A DNA stretch of 64,000 nt from assembly GCA_016201735.1 (NCBI GenBank), contig JACQCH010000057.1, forward strand, positions 18 through 64,017, written 5' to 3'. Position numbers and translations under genes: made by a program. The notes beneath the pieces are model-generated. The model did not search any database. It worked only from the letters and a program-made list of their open reading frames with translations, and was not told the DNA's origin. Within the stretch, counting starts at the first letter, position 1. Every line of letters starts with the position of its first letter. Positions 58,202 to 64,000 of the stretch are shown piece by piece. This DNA comes from Candidatus Omnitrophota bacterium (lineage in GTDB: Bacteria > Omnitrophota > Gorgyraeia > 1-14-0-20-64-10).

Positions 58202-58424
58202 GGACCCCCCTCTGAAGCCGAAGGTTCTCTGCTTCCAGCTTGGCTACCTGAGCCCGATCCACCATCCAAGATTCCATCGCATCCCGCCGGAAGCGCCAGC
58301 GGCCCCCCACTTTAAAACCGGGCAACTTCCCCTCCTTAGACAACCGGTAAACCGTCATCGCGTGTAAATGGAGAAGTTCCGCAACTTGCCCAACGGTTAA
58401 AATGTCAGATTCCATTTTTAGCAA
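58191..58424 (-). CDS. Excisionase/MerR-superfamily HTH DNA-binding protein
   Basis: LTVGQVAELLHLHAMTVYRLSKEGKLPGFKVGGRWRF matches the excisionase-family HTH; AT-rich promoter region upstream (58425-58540). Confidence 0.6.
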   Translation of the reverse strand: MLKMESDILTVGQVAELLHLHAMTVYRLSKEGKLPGFKVGGRWRFRRDAMESWMVDRAQVAKLEAENLRLQRGVHER

Positions 58425-58540
58425 TCCTAAGTTTTTGAAAGTTAAGTTTGATAATTTTTATTACTCTTCATCACTTTTAAGTGTGGCCGATTGGAGCAGA
58501 AAAAATCAAGGGGGTTTAAAAAATTTAGTAGTCTATAAAT

Positions 58541-59653
58541 CTATCTAGACCGCAAAGCCCAGCTGACCAGACCAGCCAAGAGGATGAATCCTACGGGGGT
58601 AAAGGTCCAGGAATTGTTGACCCAGGTTTTACTGCAGGCAATCAGGGTTGTCGACCAGAGGAAAATCAGAAAAAGGGCCTTCAGCTGATGGGGCAACCAG
58701 GAGGTGACAAAGGTGCGGCCCCGGCGGATCTCCAACCAACCCCAAAGGACCAGCCCGACGAGAATGAGAAGCAAAACCAGACCAACTGCCTTTCCTACCC
58801 AGACCGGAAGAACCGCCCGTTCAACGATCCAAAAGTCAAGATTGTTCGCGATTAACCAGGCTGGGAGAACCCACAAAACCCAGGTCACCGCGAACCAACG
58901 TTCCAGCGGACGGACGGCCAGAGGCAAGGTCCAGGTGGGCTCCAAGGTAAGAATTGCTATCCCAAGACTGATTCCTCCGCACAGCCCAATCAGATGCTCG
59001 GCCACCTTCCACCAGTCCACCGGAATTCCTAGGGTACCGCCGATCCCCTGCACCCAGGCGGCCAGCGGAAACCCAATCCCAAATCCAATCGCCCCCGCTA
59101 CCGCCAGCTTCAAGGAGGTCCTGTCCTGCCGCCACACCCCAACGTAAGCGGAAACCAGCGCCCAGCTGCTTAAAAGAATCACCGCCATTAATTCCCGGGT
59201 CGCCAAATCCTGGGGACCCGCCAGCCGTCCCCAGATAAGACGATCCACAAGAAACCAGACCAGGAAAAGGCCGCCGGCGATTATTGCCCGTTCCCAAGGG
59301 CGATATTTCGGAAGACTCAAGCCCAATCCGAGCCCAAGAGCTCCCAGGCCTCCCCAGGCGAACCCGATCAATCCCAGGGAACCGATCGCCTCCCAAGAAC
59401 CTTGATACGCGAGAGAGACGAATCGGCCGTAGCTTAACGCCCCACCCACGGCAAAGCTAAGAGATCCAATGACAGCCGCTCCAACCCAACGTGGGCCCCC
59501 TGTCACCGCGGCGATGCTCAAACCGGCCATCGCCCCGGCAATCGCGGACCCCCGCTCATGGCCATGCTGGCCCCGAATCCCCCACGCCAAGGTCATGGCC
59601 AGGGTGATCACGGCCAACTCCCGCCAACGAAGTCGAATCCGAGAGAAACTCAC
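58541..59653 (-). CDS. Polytopic inner-membrane protein of unknown function
   Basis: About 10 predicted TM helices; GTG start (59653) supplied by the 3' end of repeat element E3 (GGAGGGGCGGGGTGAGTTTC...). Confidence 0.5.
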   Translation of the reverse strand: MSFSRIRLRWRELAVITLAMTLAWGIRGQHGHERGSAIAGAMAGLSIAAVTGGPRWVGAAVIGSLSFAVGGALSYGRFVSLAYQGSWEAIGSLGLIGFAWGGLGALGLGLGLSLPKYRPWERAIIAGGLFLVWFLVDRLIWGRLAGPQDLATRELMAVILLSSWALVSAYVGVWRQDRTSLKLAVAGAIGFGIGFPLAAWVQGIGGTLGIPVDWWKVAEHLIGLCGGISLGIAILTLEPTWTLPLAVRPLERWFAVTWVLWVLPAWLIANNLDFWIVERAVLPVWVGKAVGLVLLLILVGLVLWGWLEIRRGRTFVTSWLPHQLKALFLIFLWSTTLIACSKTWVNNSWTFTPVGFILLAGLVSWALRSR

Positions 59654-59798
59654 CCCGCCCCTCCTTTGGTAGGGACGCCTTTCAGGCGTCCCAGAAATCT
59701 TTCGTAAGATTTCTCTCTCTGGCACAGGTGACTCGCCGACCCCTCTCGGTTGACCACCCTCCACCTGTGCCAGAGAGCCCAAAGGAGGGGCGGGGTCA
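59650..59798 (-). repeat. Structured repeat element copy E3 forming the 5' leader of the membrane-protein gene
   Basis: Terminal inverted repeats TGACCCCGCCCCTCCTTTGGG / CCAAAGGAGGGGCGGGGTG. Internal 16-bp stem CTCTCTGGCACAGGTG/CACCTGTGCCAGAGAG, hairpin AGAAATCTT-ACGA-AAGATTTCT, and hairpin GGGACGCC-TGAAA-GGCGTCCC, which is homologous to E1. Confidence 0.6.
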
Positions 59799-59825
59799 TT
59801 CGTGTTCCACGTATTTTAACAAAAA

Positions 59826-59870
59826 GCCCCGCACCTTTGCACTGCAGTACTTTTTCTTAAGCAAAGGTGC
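59826..59870 (-). terminator. Intrinsic terminator (15-bp perfect stem + U-run on minus strand)
   Basis: GCCCCGCACCTTTGC...GCAAAGGTGCGGGGC followed on the minus strand by TTTTTGTT. Confidence 0.6.
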
Positions 59871-59913
59871 GGGGCTGTGACCAGCCACCGGCCGTCACCG
59901 GCGATGCAGAAAT

Positions 59914-60162
59914 CTACGCCGATCGAGCCCGAACTGCCACGGCCCGCATTTCATCGGCCCATCGATCCGACATCTTCCCGAAAGAATCCGATCCCTCAGA
60001 CAACCTGCGCTCCTTAGAAGAGAAATCAGAAACCTTATCCGAATAAAATCTTTTTTCGGAAGGATCAGGCCTTGTTCCCAACATTGCCGGCGGGAGAACC
60101 GTGGAGTTTAAAACCAACAACCCAAAAGCAAACCACTTGTCGACTGGCAACCCTGCAGCCAT
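59914..60162 (-). CDS. Small hypothetical protein (82 aa) with hydrophobic N-terminus
   Basis: ORF followed by a strong terminator hairpin; no motif. Confidence 0.3.
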   Translation of the reverse strand: MAAGLPVDKWFAFGLLVLNSTVLPPAMLGTRPDPSEKRFYSDKVSDFSSKERRLSEGSDSFGKMSDRWADEMRAVAVRARSA

Positions 60163-60328
60163 GAGAACCTCCTTCTTTTAGGCCAGCGGTTTTGCGCCCC
60201 CGTCTTTCAGCGGGTTTGCCATTTCTCAGCCGAATCCGTTTTCTAAAACTTCTATTTTAAGTATAGCTGGCCCACGGCGACAATTCAAGAGAAATTGGGG
60301 TAATTTTCCTTGACGGTTCCTCTCAGAG

Positions 60329-61237
60329 ATGCTACCCTTTAAGCCAACTATGATGACACCTTCTCTCGACCGTTTGCGGATCAAATGGGGCAGCGTGGTG
60401 GGTTTCACCTTGATTCACCTGGTCGCCCTGGGGACTTTTTTCACGTTCAGTTGGCCCGCCTTCTGGGTTTTCTTCACCCTCCAGTGGGTAACAGGAGGCC
60501 TGGGAATCTGCCTTTGCTACCACCGACTTTTGACCCATCGCTCTTTTCAGCTTTGGAAACCGCTGGAATATCTCCTGGCACTGTTCGGTTGCCTGGCTTA
60601 CCAGAACGGCCCCATCAAGTGGGTTGCCATCCACCGGCTCCATCACGCCCGGTCGGACCAGCCGAACGATCCTCACAGCCCCACCAAAGGGTTTTGGTGG
60701 GCTCATATGGGATGGCTGTTCGGCTTCAATGAGGATCTGGATCTGTACGAGCGATACAAGGCCTACGCGCCGGAACTGGCTCGGGATCCGGTTTACCGGT
60801 TCCTCAACGCCACCCACGGACTTTACCAGGTGATTCTCGGAGTCCTTCTGTATCTCTGGGGCGGCTGGCCCTTCGTCATTTGGGGAGTATTCCTTCGCAC
60901 CGTTTTCATGTGGCACTGCACCTGGCTGGTCAACTCGGCTTCCCACACCTGGGGTTACCGGGTTTGGGCGACCGGCGACCAATCCACCAACAACTGGTGG
61001 GTGGCCCTGTTGACCTACGGAGAAGGTTGGCACAACAATCACCATGCCTTCCTCCGGTCCGCCGCCCACGGCCTGGCCTGGTGGGAGTTCGATCTGACAT
61101 ACCTGACCATCCGGACCTTGGCTGCCCTTAAGTTAGCTTCCAGAATCCAACTGCCGAACCTGGAACTGAAGAAACAGCGTACCCTCGACAGATCGGCCGC
61201 AGACCCGGCCCGTTCCCCCGACGCCGTCGCCGCGTAA
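60329..61237 (+). CDS. Membrane fatty-acid (acyl-CoA/acyl-lipid delta-9-type) desaturase
   Basis: Three His boxes (HRLLTH, HRLHH, HNNHH), four TM; TTGACG -35 at 60311. Confidence 0.85.
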   Translation: MLPFKPTMMTPSLDRLRIKWGSVVGFTLIHLVALGTFFTFSWPAFWVFFTLQWVTGGLGICLCYHRLLTHRSFQLWKPLEYLLALFGCLAYQNGPIKWVAIHRLHHARSDQPNDPHSPTKGFWWAHMGWLFGFNEDLDLYERYKAYAPELARDPVYRFLNATHGLYQVILGVLLYLWGGWPFVIWGVFLRTVFMWHCTWLVNSASHTWGYRVWATGDQSTNNWWVALLTYGEGWHNNHHAFLRSAAHGLAWWEFDLTYLTIRTLAALKLASRIQLPNLELKKQRTLDRSAADPARSPDAVAA

Positions 61238-61306
61238 CATCTAAGCATCCGTTCGTGCTGAGCCCCCGATCGAGTCGAGGGCAGGCTCTGTCGAAGCACG
61301 AATGCT

Positions 61307-61525
61307 CTACCTGGGCAGACGCTTCGGTTCCTCGAGCAACTCCTCAATCTCCCGCCCTTTCGCACCGAATTCCTTCGCCACGGCGATAAAGTCGGCGCAC
61401 TGCTCATACCGCTGCTTTAAGAGCGCTTCCCTCAAGTACAACAACGCTGTCAGTTTCACCGGATCCCTTTTGACCCGCAACAAGGTCAGGGTCGGGGGTC
61501 TCGCATTGGCTTGGATCGCTGCCAT
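61307..61525 (-). CDS. Small helical hypothetical protein (72 aa)
   Basis: Strong SD AAGGAG 9 nt upstream of ATG; coding-like composition. Confidence 0.35.
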   Translation of the reverse strand: MAAIQANARPPTLTLLRVKRDPVKLTALLYLREALLKQRYEQCADFIAVAKEFGAKGREIEELLEEPKRLPR

Positions 61526-61880
61526 GGTTTTCTTCTCCTTTCTCGTGCTGGTTAGACAAATAAAAAACCCATGTCGGTTTTCCGATCATGGGTTCGGTGC
61601 TTCCTCTCTCGACGAATCTACTGCTTAACCGACGCTTGCCTCCTCATAACCCATGACCGGCATGCCTTCGTGGTCTAGACAGACGAAGGCCGTCTTGCGC
61701 CAGATGGCCTTATTCACATCCAGCGCGTACCGAATCATGGGCACTGTTCTGTTGGGTTCGAGTCGGTTCATTTTCTTCTCTAGAAACGAATCCATTGTAC
61801 CACAACCCCATCCCAAAAGCCACCGGGCCCGCCAATCTTCTCGGCGGGCCCGGCGCTTAAAACTCAAACAGGTGTTGGCG

Positions 61881-62090
61881 TTACGCTGCCGCTAACCGCT
61901 TGACGTTTGCCGCTTGCTCGCCCTTGGGACCACGGGTAACTTCAAACTCGACGGATTCGCCTTCGCGAAGCGTCTTGAAGCCATCCCCAAGGATTGCGCT
62001 GTAATGGACGAACACGTCCTTACCGTTCTCCGGGGTAATGAACCCGTAGCCTTTCTGATCCGAAAACCACTTGACTGTTCCTTTTGGCAT
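61881..62090 (-). CDS. cspA: Cold-shock protein CspA family
   Basis: [33 protein letters not shown] with RNP1/RNP2 motifs; a long ~190-nt 5' UTR follows upstream (62091-62280). Confidence 0.9.
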   Translation of the reverse strand: MPKGTVKWFSDQKGYGFITPENGKDVFVHYSAILGDGFKTLREGESVEFEVTRGPKGEQAANVKRLAAA

Positions 62091-62278
62091 CCTGAACTAA
62101 AACCTCCTTCTTTTCTTTAACGTCACACCGTGGTCCGGCAAACAATAACGACCGTCAGTTTGAGTACCACCAACGGTCGTCTTTAGTCACAATCTGTTTT
62201 CCTAGGTCCTCGGGCACGTCTCAAACTTACTCCGACATCAAATTTTACACATCGTCGGCCGTCTGTCAAGGAAAATAG

Positions 62279-62419
62279 CTAGGGCTGTTGTTCAGGAGAA
62301 GATTCCTGGGCGTGGGCGTAGCATTCCGGGCAGGCATACAGAATCTCGTTGCCCCGTTCCAGGATCTGGAGGAGGGCATCCTCCACCACCTGCCCGCATA
62401 AATCGCAGGGGACCTTCAC
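62279..62419 (-). CDS. Putative 46-aa zinc-ribbon micro-protein (CxxC...CPxC)
   Basis: GTG immediately after the TAG of the upstream gene, with SD GAGGAAGGG; encodes KVPCDLCGQVVEDALLQILERGNEILYACPECYAHAQESSPEQQP. Confidence 0.35.
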   Translation of the reverse strand: MKVPCDLCGQVVEDALLQILERGNEILYACPECYAHAQESSPEQQP

Positions 62420-63232
62420 CTAACGCCCTTCCTCTTTAAATTCCACCAGCTCGATGATCGCTTGAGGGGAGCCGGGGCCGCCGACGGGTCCTTGATAGCG
62501 GACCCAGTAATGAGGAAGGTCCTTCGTGCACCAGAGAGACATCCTCGGCGCCAAGCGGCTCAAAGGCCCGAACAGCTTCGGAGCCAGGTTCACCCGATAG
62601 CAGGAAAAGGTCCCGGCAGGGGTGGTAATTCTTTCGGTGCCGGCCATCTGCGCCTGCATCCGGATCCGCTGGGTCGGAGAAACCATCAGCATGCACTCCC
62701 CGCCCTGGCCAAAGGGAAGGGTCCGGGCCCAGTGAAACAGCAGTTCGTCCGGAACCATCTGCGGCGTCCAGGGGAACACGGCCGACTGCGGGGTCTTCCC
62801 GGTCTCTGAATCCTGGTACAGGATGCGCTGATGTTCCGGGTCCGCCTGAATCTGAAGTTGGCTGATCAGCTTCCCCCCTTGGTTCCAGCGGGAACCTTCC
62901 ACCAACTGGAATTGAAGAGGGTGGATTGAACTGTCCGATGGGGCCTGGAAAACCATCCGCTTCTTCCAACTCACCGGTTCCTTGTAGCGCAAGGGCTGCC
63001 CTTCTCCCTGTTCATGGATCTCCACCTGTTTGTTGTCGCCCGCCTGCTTCGTCACCGTCGTTTCCCAGGCCACTTTCCAGAGAATCTTGCCGGTGGATGC
63101 GATCCGGACCTGGTAGGCCCCTCTTTCCTTCGGGCTGGGCCATCGGTCGGAGCGCAACGCGCCCCACGCCGGGGAGGCAGCCGTGAGGACCGCCAGCGTT
63201 ACCGTTAGACGGAACCAGTCTTCTCGACTCAT
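62420..63232 (-). CDS. Secreted hypothetical protein (DUF3108-like periplasmic/lipoprotein)
   Basis: Signal peptide MSREDWFRLTVTLAVLTAASPAWG; beta-rich. Confidence 0.5.
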   Translation of the reverse strand: MSREDWFRLTVTLAVLTAASPAWGALRSDRWPSPKERGAYQVRIASTGKILWKVAWETTVTKQAGDNKQVEIHEQGEGQPLRYKEPVSWKKRMVFQAPSDSSIHPLQFQLVEGSRWNQGGKLISQLQIQADPEHQRILYQDSETGKTPQSAVFPWTPQMVPDELLFHWARTLPFGQGGECMLMVSPTQRIRMQAQMAGTERITTPAGTFSCYRVNLAPKLFGPLSRLAPRMSLWCTKDLPHYWVRYQGPVGGPGSPQAIIELVEFKEEGR

Positions 63233-64000
63233 GCTCCTATTGTAGCAAAGAGGCGCTGGATGCCTTCGCGGAAAATCTCCGGCAGGGGCAGAAGAGAGAG
63301 GACCAGATGGCCCGGCTCTTCGAAATCGAAGAAATAGCCCGGGTGGACGAGAAGGTGTTCCCGTTCCAGCAGATCCAGGACGAAGGCCTCTTCATCCCGA
63401 ATCGCCGGCAGACGCAGGACGGCGTTCCAGCCCCCGTCCGCCTGCAGGCATTGGGCGGAGGAACCTGCCGGATCGATCTGTTCCAGAAGCGCCTTCCGGT
63501 TCTCTAGAATCCGACGGCGAATCTGAGATTGAATCGCCGGCGCATTGGCCAGCCATTGGGGAACTGCCCGCTGCACCGGCGTATTCACCGACAGGTAGGT
63601 GTCGGCGATCATCTCCAGCCGTTCCATGGCCGGATGAAGAAGATCGGCGGGACCGGTCACAGCCATCCAGGCCAGTTTCATCTGGGGCAGCGCAAGGAAT
63701 TTCGAGAGACCCCCCAGGCAAAAGGTCAGCAGATCCGGATTCCCCGCCAGGGTGCGGGGAATCCCAGGGTTCGGATCGTGCCAATAATCGGCGAAAACTT
63801 CGTCGACGATCAAGGCCGCCTTTTTCTGCCGGCAAAGAGAAGCCAGTTGGCTTGTCTCTTCCAAGGTCAGGCCCGAACCGGTCGGATTGTTGGGGTGGAC
63901 GGCGACGATCCCCCGGGTTCTGGCTGAGATTGCGCGGCCCAAACTTCCGAAATCGATGCCCCACCTCTGATCGCACCGCAGGCGGTAGGCCGAGAGTTCA
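63229..64000 (-). CDS. PLP-dependent aminotransferase class I/II (C-terminal part; 5' end beyond window)
   Basis: ...HPNNPTGSGLTLEE...LIVDEVFADYW...GGLSKFLALPQMKLAWM (Lys-pyridoxal region); ORF open to the window edge. Confidence 0.75.
   Translation of the reverse strand, partial: ELSAYRLRCDQRWGIDFGSLGRAISARTRGIVAVHPNNPTGSGLTLEETSQLASLCRQKKAALIVDEVFADYWHDPNPGIPRTLAGNPDLLTFCLGGLSKFLALPQMKLAWMAVTGPADLLHPAMERLEMIADTYLSVNTPVQRAVPQWLANAPAIQSQIRRRILENRKALLEQIDPAGSSAQCLQADGGWNAVLRLPAIRDEEAFVLDLLEREHLLVHPGYFFDFEEPGHLVLSLLPLPEIFREGIQRLFATIGA

Noticed and set aside
61625-61867. 80-aa ORF upstream of cspA
   Set aside because: TTG start without an SD. An internal ATG version (56 aa) has only a weak RBS. 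No motif recognised, so it is too uncertain to list as a feature.

Overview
High-GC (~62%) chromosomal segment from a diderm bacterium, with almost all genes on the minus strand. The housekeeping backbone comprises lolD-lolC, lysS, lnt, secA, prfB (with its programmed +1 frameshift), uvrC, murJ, rpsT, holA, an lptE-like gene, leuS, accA, cobO, panE, a class II B12-dependent ribonucleotide reductase, a fatty-acid desaturase and cspA. Accessory material is scattered through it.
- A degraded IS200/IS605 TnpB remnant lies at the left edge.
- A lower-GC HEPN/MNT toxin-antitoxin islet sits between lolC and lysS.
- A Phd-VapC toxin-antitoxin pair is translationally coupled to a small Ogt-like gene.
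- A ~0.75 kb low-GC foreign gene is wedged between tRNA-Ala(GGC) and tRNA-Leu(CAA), running antisense across tRNA-Ala.
- nrdJ is split by a 409-aa intein carrying a LAGLIDADG homing-endonuclease domain, inserted at the catalytic Cys.
- A two-partner secretion pair (TpsB plus a 1655-aa TpsA with ~237-bp tandem repeats) directly abuts a type IV pilus / T2SS-like cluster. That cluster has a pilM-N fusion, pilO, a pilP-like gene, a PilX_N-discoidin fusion, pseudopilins, a major pilin, pilC and pilB, but no secretin. It is embedded in two histidine kinases, four stand-alone receiver proteins and an excisionase-family HTH, with comEA/comEC nearby.

The most unusual signal is a family of 150-200-nt structured elements (three full copies and one partial copy). 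They have near-perfect 19-20-bp terminal inverted repeats, TGACCCCGCCCCTCC at the 5' end and GGAGGGGCGGGGTGA at the 3' end, and homologous internal hairpins. The 3' end of each supplies the Shine-Dalgarno sequence and start codon of the downstream gene, so the RBS can be sequestered in a long GC-rich helix. This could be a novel cis-regulatory leader RNA or an RBS-carrying MITE.
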